A stretch of 64,000 nucleotides of DNA from Rhodanobacteraceae bacterium (GTDB lineage: Bacteria; Pseudomonadota; Gammaproteobacteria; Xanthomonadales; Rhodanobacteraceae), in the NCBI GenBank assembly GCA_049583635.1, contig JBAUWF010000066.1:603-64602 (forward strand), given 5' to 3'. The notes under the pieces were generated by a model. That model had not been told where the DNA came from and made no database searches. It saw only the letters and a list, made by a program, of their open reading frames with translations. Position 1 is the stretch's first letter. Each line of letters opens with the position of its first letter. Made by a program: the position numbers and the translations under genes. Shown one piece after another: positions 9,023 to 18,300 of the stretch.

Positions 9023-10930
9023 CTAGGCAAAAAACGCCTCGACCTCGGCCAGCTCGCGCGTCAGCGGCAGCGGCGGCAGGCTGGCAAGGAACATGCGGCC
9101 GTAACCGCGCGTGGTCAGGCGTGGATCACACAACATCAACACGCCACGATCGTGAACGTCGCGGATCAGCCGTCCGGCGCCCTGCTTGAACGCGATCACC
9201 GCGGCCGGCACCTGCCATTCGGTGAACGGATTGCCGCCGGCCTCGCGCAAGGCCGCGAGTCGCGCGAGAAGCACCGGATCGTCGGGCGCGGCGAACGGCA
9301 ATTTGTCGATGACGACGAGCGACAACGCTTCGCCGACCACATCCACGCCGGCCCAGAAACTTGCCGCGCCGAGCAGAACGCCGTGACCCGACGCACGGAA
9401 ATCGGTCAGTAACTGATGTCTTGGCGCGCTGCCCTGCACGAACAGCGGGTACGACACGCAATCAGCCAGCAACTCGGCCGCTCGACGTAATGCGCGGTGT
9501 GAGGTGAACAACAGGAACGCACGGCCACGCGAGGCCGCCAGCACCGGCAAGATGGCCTGCACCACGTGCTCGATGTAATCGGTCGCGCCCGGATCGGGTA
9601 GCGTGCGCGGCAGATAGGCCAGCGCCTGGCGTGCGTAATCGAACGGGCTGTCGAGTGACAACGTCACCGGATCATCGAGCCCGAGCTGGCGTGCGTAGTG
9701 ATCGAAGCGCCCGGCAACCGAAAGCGTCGCCGAGGTGAAGATCCACGCCGCATGACTCTGCGCACGCAGTTCGCGCAACGGATCGGCCAGATCGAGCGGC
9801 GTCGCATGCAGCGCGAACCCCTGCCCGGTCAATTCGTACCAGTTGACCCAGCCACTCGCAGCGCCATCGCACAACTGAATCAGCCGCGCGAGCTGCGCCT
9901 CGGTGCGCTCGACGATGCTTGCGAAACCCCGACTGCGCTCGGCATGCGGACCGATTGCGTCGGCCAGAGCCGACAACGCTGCGCGCAGCGCCGAAAGTTC
10001 ATTGTCGACATCGGCATCGCGCTCGATTTCGGCGAACACGCCCTTGTTCGGGAAACGATCGAGCGCGAGACGCAAGCGCGCAAGTGCCGGCGCCAGCGCC
10101 TCGATCGCCGGTTGCAGCGCGCCCAGCGCGCCACTCACATCGGCGCACTCGGCCAACGCATCGCGCGCAAGGTCACCCAGTTGCCTCGAGGTCAGGCTGA
10201 CTGAAAAGAACTGTCCGGCCAGTTCCGGAATCTGGTGTGCTTCGTCGAGAATGAACGCGTGCGCGCCGGGCAGGATCTCGCCGAAGCCTTCCTGCTTCAT
10301 CGCCAGATCGGCGAACAGCAGATGATGATTGACCACCACGATGTCCGCTTCCTGAGCCGCGCGACGTGCCTTGACCACAAAACAATCGGCGAAAAACGGA
10401 CACTCGCTGCCGAGGCAATTCTCGATCGTCGATGTCGTGCGCAGCCACAGCGGCGACGTTTCGGCCACGGCGGCCAGTTCGGCGCGATCACCACTCGCCG
10501 TTTGCGCCGACCAGCTGCGTATGCGCTGCAGTTGCGATGCCTGTTCGCGACTGACGAAACGGCCGTCCTGACTGGTCTGATCCAGGCGATACAGGCACAG
10601 GTAATTGGCGCGGCCCTTTAGCAGACTGACCCGCACACGCGCGCCGAGTACGGCTTGCACGCGCGGCAGATCGCGATGAAACAGTTGATCCTGCAGCGTC
10701 CTGGTGCCGGTTGAAATGATCACGCGCTTGCCCGACAACAGGGCCGGCACCAGATACGCGAAGGTCTTGCCGGTACCGGTGCCTGCTTCTGCGATCAACG
10801 TCTGGCGCTCGGCAATGGCCTCTTCGACCGACTCGGCCATGATCTGCTGCGACGAGCGTTGCGCGAATCCCGGCACTTCGCGCGCGAACGGACCCCCGGA
10901 TCCGAGCAGGCTCGCGGATTCACTCGACAT
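9023..10930 (-). CDS. yoaA: ATP-dependent DNA helicase, YoaA (DinG family, Fe-S)
   Basis: 635 aa. Nearly collinear with my memory of E. coli YoaA: AEAGTGTGKTFAYLVPALLSGKRVIISTGTRTLQDQLFHRDLP, STIENCLGSECPFFADCFVVKARRAAQEADIVVVNHHLLFADL, ILDEAHQ. Confidence 0.9.
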   Translation of the reverse strand: MSSESASLLGSGGPFAREVPGFAQRSSQQIMAESVEEAIAERQTLIAEAGTGTGKTFAYLVPALLSGKRVIISTGTRTLQDQLFHRDLPRVQAVLGARVRVSLLKGRANYLCLYRLDQTSQDGRFVSREQASQLQRIRSWSAQTASGDRAELAAVAETSPLWLRTTSTIENCLGSECPFFADCFVVKARRAAQEADIVVVNHHLLFADLAMKQEGFGEILPGAHAFILDEAHQIPELAGQFFSVSLTSRQLGDLARDALAECADVSGALGALQPAIEALAPALARLRLALDRFPNKGVFAEIERDADVDNELSALRAALSALADAIGPHAERSRGFASIVERTEAQLARLIQLCDGAASGWVNWYELTGQGFALHATPLDLADPLRELRAQSHAAWIFTSATLSVAGRFDHYARQLGLDDPVTLSLDSPFDYARQALAYLPRTLPDPGATDYIEHVVQAILPVLAASRGRAFLLFTSHRALRRAAELLADCVSYPLFVQGSAPRHQLLTDFRASGHGVLLGAASFWAGVDVVGEALSLVVIDKLPFAAPDDPVLLARLAALREAGGNPFTEWQVPAAVIAFKQGAGRLIRDVHDRGVLMLCDPRLTTRGYGRMFLASLPPLPLTRELAEVEAFFA

Positions 10931-11057
10931 CGCTTCGTCTCTCTACGCGCAGTCGGCGATTATGCATGTGTGCGACGTCACGTTCGTAGCGTGTGCACTT
11001 GGTGCATGATCCGGCGTCCGGGCTTGCAGCAGCGCAGGTTCGCGCGAGGACTCTCGC

Positions 11058-11128
11058 AGGATGGGTCGGGCGTAGCGAAACCCATGCGGTTACCGATATG
11101 TGGGTATCGTTGCGCTCGCATCCCACTA
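11058..11128. repeat. second copy of the REP-type nested palindrome pair (diverged, opposite unit order)
   Basis: AGGATGGGTCGGGCGTAGCGAAACCCATG (11058-11086) matches the right unit of the 4329..4412 element at 24/29 positions. TGTGGGTATCGTTGCGCTCGCATCCCAC (about 11100-11127) shares the GGGTATCG(C/T)TGCGCTC core of the left unit. Intergenic, between yoaA and the lipoprotein gene. Confidence 0.65.
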
Positions 11129-11183
11129 GGACCACGCGACCGGCTCGCGCAAATGAGCGAAGTCGAAGCGCGCAGCACCTCAC

Positions 11184-11717
11184 CTACATGCGTACCGGCG
11201 GCGGGACGCGGCATTCCTTGAGACGTTCGCGCGCCGCGGCGCGTGTCGCCCGATCGTTGAGCGCCGTACGTGCCTCGATCACGGTCTGCCAGTTGCGCGC
11301 GCAAAGGTTGCCAACTTTCGGACCGAGCGTGAAACTCTTGATCGCCAGTTGTTCGGCACGCAGCCAATGGCTTTGATCGACTTCGAGTTCGGCGAGATAT
11401 TGCAGGATCTCCGGCGCGTCCGGCGCCAGCTTCAATGCGCTTTCGGTCGCGGCTGCGGCTGCGTCGAAATCGCGAGCTGCTTCGGCTGCATGTGCCTTGG
11501 CCAGCAGGCCGTCGACCGCCGGATCATGCAGCGGATGCACTTGTACAGCCGAATCGAGCCCGTTGCCCGCAGCGCGGATTGCGGCGACTGCGTCATGATC
11601 GATGCGGACCGGCTGCGGTGGCGGCGGGTTTGATGCGGAGCACGCACCCAGCGCCAGCACGAGTGCGACAAGCAGAGCAACGTAGCATCGAGTGATGTCT
11701 GGCATCGGCATTTCCAT
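11184..11717 (-). CDS. lipoprotein with TPR-like helical domain (candidate LpoP-like PBP1B partner)
   Basis: 177 aa. Lipobox LVLALGAC. Pro-rich linker SASNPPPPQPV. Then helical repeats (AHAAEAARDFDAAAAATESALKLAPDAPEILQYLAELEV). It lies immediately downstream of mrcB on the same strand. The function call is inference. Confidence 0.6.
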   Translation of the reverse strand: MEMPMPDITRCYVALLVALVLALGACSASNPPPPQPVRIDHDAVAAIRAAGNGLDSAVQVHPLHDPAVDGLLAKAHAAEAARDFDAAAAATESALKLAPDAPEILQYLAELEVDQSHWLRAEQLAIKSFTLGPKVGNLCARNWQTVIEARTALNDRATRAAARERLKECRVPPPVRM

Positions 11718-12018
11718 CGACGTGATGTGGGATCAGGCGAGCGAGCGTACAACGGTATTATCGGGCATGACGAGCAAGGGCTGGCCTGGTCGCGCAACGA
11801 TGCAATCCTGAATGCTGTCTTTTCTTTCCTGACTTGCACGCCGCAGCGCGCGAAAGCGCGATACGGACGGCGGCAAGGCAGTCACCGCAAGTGCACATGG
11901 CATTGCACAAGAAAACCTGGCCTTGCCGACGCAGACTTTTCGTGTGGACTGCAACCGTGGGTGTGTCCGGTTCCGCCGTGGCGCCAGCATTCCGGCAACG
12001 GATTTGCGCGGCGAGACG

Positions 12019-14298
12019 CTAATGATGCTCGAACCATTGCCGGATGCGATCAATCGGACAATGTTCGATATCGCTCGGCACATATCCGGCAGCGAACGGC
12101 AACTCGCGCGCACCGCTGCAATTGGGATCACTGCGCTTGCCATTCACCGGATCGACCCACGCGTCTTCGATGCCCGCGCCGGGCACAACGAGCGGCGCAG
12201 TCGGCAACTGCTTGAACAGGTCGATCCAGATTCTCAGTGCGCCGGTAGCTCCGAACAAACCGGTCGGCTTGTTGTCGTCACGCCCGACCCACACGACGGC
12301 GAGATGAGTGCCGGTGAAGCCGGCGAACCACGAATCGCGCTGGGTGTCACTGGTGCCGGTCTTGCCGGCCGCATGCAGACCGGCCAGACCGCTGCCGGCG
12401 ATCGCGTGCGCGGTACCGCTGATCGCCACCTGCTGCAACGCAAGCGTTACCAGACGCGCCGCCGTCACGTATTCGCCTTTGCCGGCCTTTACGCCATAGC
12501 GCGTCAACGGCCTCCCTTCGGCGTCAAGCACGCCGCGCACCGCGTTGAGCGGCAGCGCGTGGCCGTCAGCCGCGAAGTACTGGTACAAACGCGCAACGTC
12601 GAACGGACTCAGACCGACCGCGCCGAGCAGCAGCGATGGATTCGGATTGATCTGCCGATCGAGGCCAAACGAGGCCAGCAGACCGCGCACCTTGTCGACG
12701 CCGATCGCAAGCCCGAGGTGCACGGTCGCGAGGTTCCAGCTGTGCACCAGCGCGTCGATCAGCGCGACGCGGCCGTGAGTCTGGCCGTCGTCGTTCTGCG
12801 GCCGCCAGTGCGACCCATCACGCTGCGGCAGATCGATGGTGGTGTCGTCGATGAGTGTTGCGAGCGAGTAGCGCGACGGCTCGGCCAGGGCGACCAGATA
12901 CACGAACGGCTTGACCAGCGAGCCGATCGGACGCAATGCATCGAGCGCGCGATTGAAGCCGGGCGCATCAGCGTCGCGTCCGCCGATCATCGCCTGCACC
13001 TCACCGTCATGCGCGCCGGTGACGATGACGGCGGCCTGGACCGGCAATGCGCGCGAGCCGATGCGCGCCAGACCGCTGGCCAGCGCATCCTCCGCCATGA
13101 GTTGCGTCGACGGCGCCAGCGTGGTGTGGATCGCGAGGCCCGCACTGGCGAGTTCGGCCGGCGGATAGTCACGCGCAAGCTCCTTGCGCAACAGGTCGAG
13201 AAACGCCGGAAAGCGATCGCGCGGCAACGCGCCGGCCGGCGTCACGCCAAGGTGCGCGGCGCGCGCTGCCTTGAGCGTGCTCGCGTCGATCAGGCCGGTC
13301 GCGAAGAATTCACCGAGCACGACATTGCGCCGCTTGCGCGCGAGATCCGGATTGCGTCGCGGATCGTACAGGCTCGGTCCGCGTACGAGGCCGACCAGAA
13401 ACGCGATATCGGCAGGACCGAGCGTGCGTAGATTGCGGCTGAAATAAAACTCGCTCGCCGCCGCGAATCCATGCACCGCCTGCGCACCCTGCTGGCCGAG
13501 AAAAACCTCGTTGACGTAGGCCTCGAGGATGCGTCGCTTGTCATAGCGCGCCTCGATCAGCAGGGCGAGTAGTGCTTCATTGATCTTGCGCGTGAAATTC
13601 TGGCTGCGATCGAGAAACAGATTGCGCACGAGTTGTTGGGTCAAGGTGGATCCGCCCTGCACCACGCGGCCGGCCCGCAGATTCACCCAGGCCGCGCGCA
13701 GGATGGCGCCCGGGTCGATGCCGTGGTGGAACTTGAAATTGCGGTCCTCGACCGCCTGCAATCCGCCGATCAACAACGGCGGTACCTCGCCGAGGTGCAC
13801 CACACGCCGATCCTGCTGCTCGGCACCGTACAACGTCGCAATGCGCGCCGGATCGAGGCGCGCATGCGCGATCGGTGCCCCGCTGTCGGCATCGGTCAGC
13901 CCGGCAATGCGACCATTGGCAAGTCGCACATCGAAGCGGCGTTCGCGCTCGCGACCGTCGAGGTAGACAAATGCGCGCCGCGCGATCACCAAGCGCGCAC
14001 CGGCACGATGATAGGTTCCGGGTGCCATCGCCGCGTCGACGCTGCGATAGCGCGCGAAGCTGAGCTCGCGCTCCAGCGCGTCCACGCTCATCGGCAGACC
14101 CGGAGCGAGTCGCAGCGGGCGCGCGTATACGCGGCTTGGAATCTGCCAACTCAGGTCATCGAAACGAGCGCGGACCTCGCCATCGAGATAGATCAGGTAA
14201 GGGCCGATGAACCCCAGCGTGAGACCCAGGACCAGCCAGAACGGGACGCGCACCACCCGCCAGGCGAGGCTGATCAACGAGGGAGATCGGAACGACAC
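12019..14298 (-). CDS. mrcB: penicillin-binding protein 1B (bifunctional glycosyltransferase/transpeptidase)
   Basis: 759 aa. N-terminal TM helix. GT51 motifs EDRNFKFHHGIDPGAILRAAWVNLRAGRVVQGGSTLTQQLVRNLFL and RKINEALLALLIEARYDKRRILEAYVNEVFLG. Transpeptidase motifs SLVKP and KTGTS. Confidence 0.9.
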   Translation of the reverse strand: MSFRSPSLISLAWRVVRVPFWLVLGLTLGFIGPYLIYLDGEVRARFDDLSWQIPSRVYARPLRLAPGLPMSVDALERELSFARYRSVDAAMAPGTYHRAGARLVIARRAFVYLDGRERERRFDVRLANGRIAGLTDADSGAPIAHARLDPARIATLYGAEQQDRRVVHLGEVPPLLIGGLQAVEDRNFKFHHGIDPGAILRAAWVNLRAGRVVQGGSTLTQQLVRNLFLDRSQNFTRKINEALLALLIEARYDKRRILEAYVNEVFLGQQGAQAVHGFAAASEFYFSRNLRTLGPADIAFLVGLVRGPSLYDPRRNPDLARKRRNVVLGEFFATGLIDASTLKAARAAHLGVTPAGALPRDRFPAFLDLLRKELARDYPPAELASAGLAIHTTLAPSTQLMAEDALASGLARIGSRALPVQAAVIVTGAHDGEVQAMIGGRDADAPGFNRALDALRPIGSLVKPFVYLVALAEPSRYSLATLIDDTTIDLPQRDGSHWRPQNDDGQTHGRVALIDALVHSWNLATVHLGLAIGVDKVRGLLASFGLDRQINPNPSLLLGAVGLSPFDVARLYQYFAADGHALPLNAVRGVLDAEGRPLTRYGVKAGKGEYVTAARLVTLALQQVAISGTAHAIAGSGLAGLHAAGKTGTSDTQRDSWFAGFTGTHLAVVWVGRDDNKPTGLFGATGALRIWIDLFKQLPTAPLVVPGAGIEDAWVDPVNGKRSDPNCSGARELPFAAGYVPSDIEHCPIDRIRQWFEHH

Positions 14299-14575
14299 AA
14301 GCAGACTGGAGAGCGCGGGGCCAGTGGCCAGGGAACCTCAGCCCAAGTCGTGACAGGCGCTCTGCTGTTCAGCCTCCCTGAGTCAATAGTCGATTGAGCC
14401 AACGGGACAATCTGCAGCGCGAGACTTGACCGGTTTGCTGAAGCATGTCGGCACTGTGAGGAATTCATCAGCAGGACTTGTGCGGACCTTTCCCAGTTTA
14501 ACAGGCATCCAACGTGACATATCGAAGCTGCATCCGGGATAATCCACGCCACTCCATTGGTTCGAGGCCGCTGCC

Positions 14576-15355
14576 ATGCGTGCAATTGCGTCTGCCCTTT
14601 TGCTGCTCTTTGCTGCGGGTTTTTCCACAGCGCGCGCCGATGTGCGTCTGGATTACGCCGCCAGCTCCGATGACGCGCCGTTGACACGCCTTGAGATCGC
14701 GGGAACACGGATGCGCAGCGACAGCGGCGACAACAGCGTGATCGTGGATACCGCACGCAACGAATTCGTGACGATCGATCGCGACCGCAAGGAATACACC
14801 CGCATCGACTCGGCGCAGATGGAAAAGCTGGCCGGTGCGGCGAGCGCGGCGATGCAACAGGCGCAGGCGATGCTGAAGAATCTTCCGCCGGATCAGCGCA
14901 AGATGATCGAAGAACGCATGGGCGGCCACCTGCCCGGCACGGCAACCCGGACCAAGGTCATCATGAGTTCGACCGGCAAACATGAAACGGTCGACGGTCA
15001 CGATTGCGAGGTATTCGCGATAGCTGTCAACGGATCGCATGACCAGGATCTGTGTCTGGCCAATGCCGCCGAAGTCGGCCTGAACCCGGCGGACCAGAAG
15101 TCGCTGCATGACGCGTTCGCCTATTTCAAGCGCATGGCCGAGAAACTCAGCGCCGGTGTCGGCCAGATCGATCTGCCGTTCGACCGGATCGGCAACGGTC
15201 GCGTGCCGATCAAGATCGTGGTTTACGACCACGGCAAACCGGACGCGATTTCGGAACTGAAATCAGTGCAGACCTCCGCCGTTCCGGCCAGTGATTTCGT
15301 CCCACCGGCCGGGTATCGCGAGAAGAAGCTCGACCTCCACGGCCTGGGCGGCTGA
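14576..15355 (+). CDS. secreted DUF4412-like protein
   Basis: 259 aa. Signal peptide MRAIASALLLLFAAGFSTARA. The central LPPDQRKMIEERMGG motif and overall layout resemble DUF4412 proteins; this assignment is from memory. Confidence 0.6.
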   Translation: MRAIASALLLLFAAGFSTARADVRLDYAASSDDAPLTRLEIAGTRMRSDSGDNSVIVDTARNEFVTIDRDRKEYTRIDSAQMEKLAGAASAAMQQAQAMLKNLPPDQRKMIEERMGGHLPGTATRTKVIMSSTGKHETVDGHDCEVFAIAVNGSHDQDLCLANAAEVGLNPADQKSLHDAFAYFKRMAEKLSAGVGQIDLPFDRIGNGRVPIKIVVYDHGKPDAISELKSVQTSAVPASDFVPPAGYREKKLDLHGLGG

Positions 15356-15371
15356 GCTACCGGGCGCATTC

Positions 15372-18300
15372 GTGCCGCAGCCACCACCGCGTTGCCTGCG
15401 CATTTGTCTGTTTGGATCGGCGGCGCCCGCGGCGGCTGCACTGCAATCATTGCAGGCGCAGGTTGCGCGATCGACAACGCTGATCCGGATCGACGCGCGG
15501 GCAACCGGGTCGAGCAACCATGACATCGAAACCTTGCACGCCGCAACCGACGGCTACCTTGCAGCCGTTCAGTGTGCGGCCGCGCGGTTCCGCGGCGATG
15601 ACCTGATTCTCGTCGACACGCGAACGCTCGCCAGCGGTTCCGCGGGTATTCCACCATACGCCTGCGAACGCCTGCTGCGCGCGCTCGACGAACCGGACGT
15701 ACTGGTCGCATCGACACTCGACGATGTCGCGCGCAACCCGTTGCCACAGGGCAAGCACGCCGATGTCGATGCGTTTCGCATCGATGCGCTGTGCTATGCG
15801 TATTCGGCGCGCCGGCTGATCGATGACAGCGCCTTCGGGCACGCGCCGCCGCTGTTGTCGGCCTGGCACGGCCGGCGCCTGGCGACGTTCGAGTCCGAGC
15901 GTCTGTGCGAAACCGACACGCTGCAGTCACTCGGCCTGCGCGCGGTCGTGCTCGATCATCTGTTTGTCTCCTCGTTCGCGAAATCGTCGGATCCATGCGC
16001 CTCGTCTACCGCGTGCGGTCGAACCGTGGACCGTTCACTTTTGCATGCGGACGATGTGCGCGATCCGGTGCCGCCGTCGCCGCTGGCCGAACTGCGCGAG
16101 CGGATCGCGACCGCGTTGCCGGGAAATGCTGTTCCCGGGCGGCCTGGCCTCGACGACAGGCCGGTGTTGCTGCACGTGTTGCACGGCTGGGGAGGCGGCG
16201 CCGAACGCTGGGTACGCGACTACGCGCGAGCTGACGGCGACGCGCAGCATCTCGCCTTGATCGCGCGCGGCAGCGTTGCGCGGCAACGCCATGGCGAATG
16301 GCTGGAACTGCATGACGGCCGGCTCGAAGGTCCGCCACTCAGACGAATTCCGCTGGCGCAGCCGATCGCCGATACGGCACTCGCCAATGCCGGTTATCAA
16401 GCGATTCTCGCCGAGCTGATCACCGCCTATTCGATCGATGCGATCGTGCTGTCGTCGCTGATCGGACACAGCCTCGATGTGTTGCGCACCGGCTTGCCGA
16501 CATCGCGCGTCGTGCACGATCACTATCCGCTATGGCCGCTCCTGCATCGCGATTTCGGTGATCCGGCACTGCGCTTCGACGATGCCCAGCGCGCGCGAGA
16601 TCTGGCCGGTGTCGGTGCGGATCGGGAATTCGCCGAATCCGATCCGCAATACTGGAAGCGTCTGCGCGACAGTACTGTCGCCGATCTGTGCAACGCGCGC
16701 GCCGTATTGCTGGCCCCGAGCCGCTCGGCGCTTGCCAATGACCTGCGCCTCGCGCCGGAGCTGCGCGACCTGCCACAACATGTCATCGCGCACGGTTTCG
16801 CGTGGCCGCAAACGGCTCCGCGCGCGCCACTGCCTCCGACGCGCGAACGCCTGCGCCTGGTGCTGCCCGGGCGCATTCGTCGCGGCAAGGGCGCCGATTT
16901 GCTTGGCGCCGCGCTGCCCGGCCTGCTTGAGCACGCCGAGCTATTTCTGCTTGGCGCCGGCAGTGACGCGCATGCTCTGTTCGGCCGGCGCGGCGTGCAC
17001 GTTTTGCTCGATTATCCGCACGAGACACTGCCGGTTCTGATCGAACGCCTGCGCCCCGATGCCGCCCTGCTGTTGCCGACGGTTGCGGAAACCTTCAGTT
17101 ACACGTTGTCGGAATTGCGTGCGCTCGGCCTGCCGGTAGTGGCCACCTGCGTCGGTGCATTGGCCGAGCGTATCGACGACACGGTGGACGGTTTTCTGGT
17201 CGATCCGGATGCGCACGCTGTGGTCGCGCTTGTCGCCGGACTCGCCGCCGACCGATCGCCGCTGGCTCGCGTGCGTGCGACGCTGACCGACTGGCACGAA
17301 CCCGAGCCGATCGACAGCGCCGCACGCTATTCGGCCGTTTTCACTCTTGGCCGGCGACCGATCGCACGTTACCCGCTCGCCGCTCCCGATGCGCGCGCAC
17401 TCGAAACAGCGGATCTTTTCGACTGCATCCGCAGGAGCCATGAGCGCGAACGCGCACTCGTGCGCGAAGTTGCGGCACTTGGCGCGGAGTCGGACCGTCG
17501 TGGCGAGTGGGGACATGCCCTGGACGCCGCACTCACCGAGCGCACGCGCTGGGCATTGGAGCTCGACGCACAATTGCAGGACATCAAACCGCGCTACGAG
17601 CAAATGCTCGCGAGCCGGTCATGGCGCTTGACCGCGCCAGTGCGCGCGGCCACGGCACGATTGCGCGCAGTTGCTGCAGGCGCGACGTTTCGCATGATGC
17701 GCCTGCGCGGTGCGATGCGACGGTTGCGCGGCAGTCTCGCGCAGCGCGGCGTGCTCGCAACGCTCAGGCGTGTCGGCCAGGAGTTGCGCGTCGGCGCACC
17801 GCGCACGACGCGTCGCACGCTGGCAACACCGCGCGAGGATTTCGCGCCGTTCGGACTGCCGACCAGCGATACGCCGCACGTATCGATTGTCGTGCCGGTG
17901 TTCAACCAGATCGCCTATACCACTGCGTGCCTGCGATCGCTGGCCGAACATGCCGGCGAAACGGCCTTTGAGGTCATCGTCGTCGACGACGCGTCGAGCG
18001 ACGCGACCGCCCGGCGCTTGGGCAATATCACCGGCGCACGCGTATTGCGCAACGCCGAAAATCTCGGCTTCGTCGGTTCCTGCAACGCGGGCGCGGCGTC
18101 TGCACGCGGCGAATTCGTATTGTTTCTCAACAACGATACCGTAGTGACCGAAGGCTGGCTCGAACACCTTCTGCGCTGTTTCGATGAAGAACCCGATTGC
18201 GGCATGGTCGGCGCCAAGCTGGTGTATCCGGACGGACGCCTTCAGGAAGCTGGCGGCATCGTGTTCAACGACGGCTCGGCTTGGAACTACGGTCGTTTCG

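Noticed and set aside
14540-14575. tRNA-like T-loop string GGTTCGAGGCC
   Set aside because: No flanking T-stem, acceptor stem or anticodon arm can be drawn. It is just the leader of the 14576 gene.
14383-14628. 81-aa minus-strand ORF in the mrcB/DUF4412 intergenic region
   Set aside because: Low GC3, unlike real genes here. It overlaps the signal-peptide codons of the 14576 gene and has no RBS.
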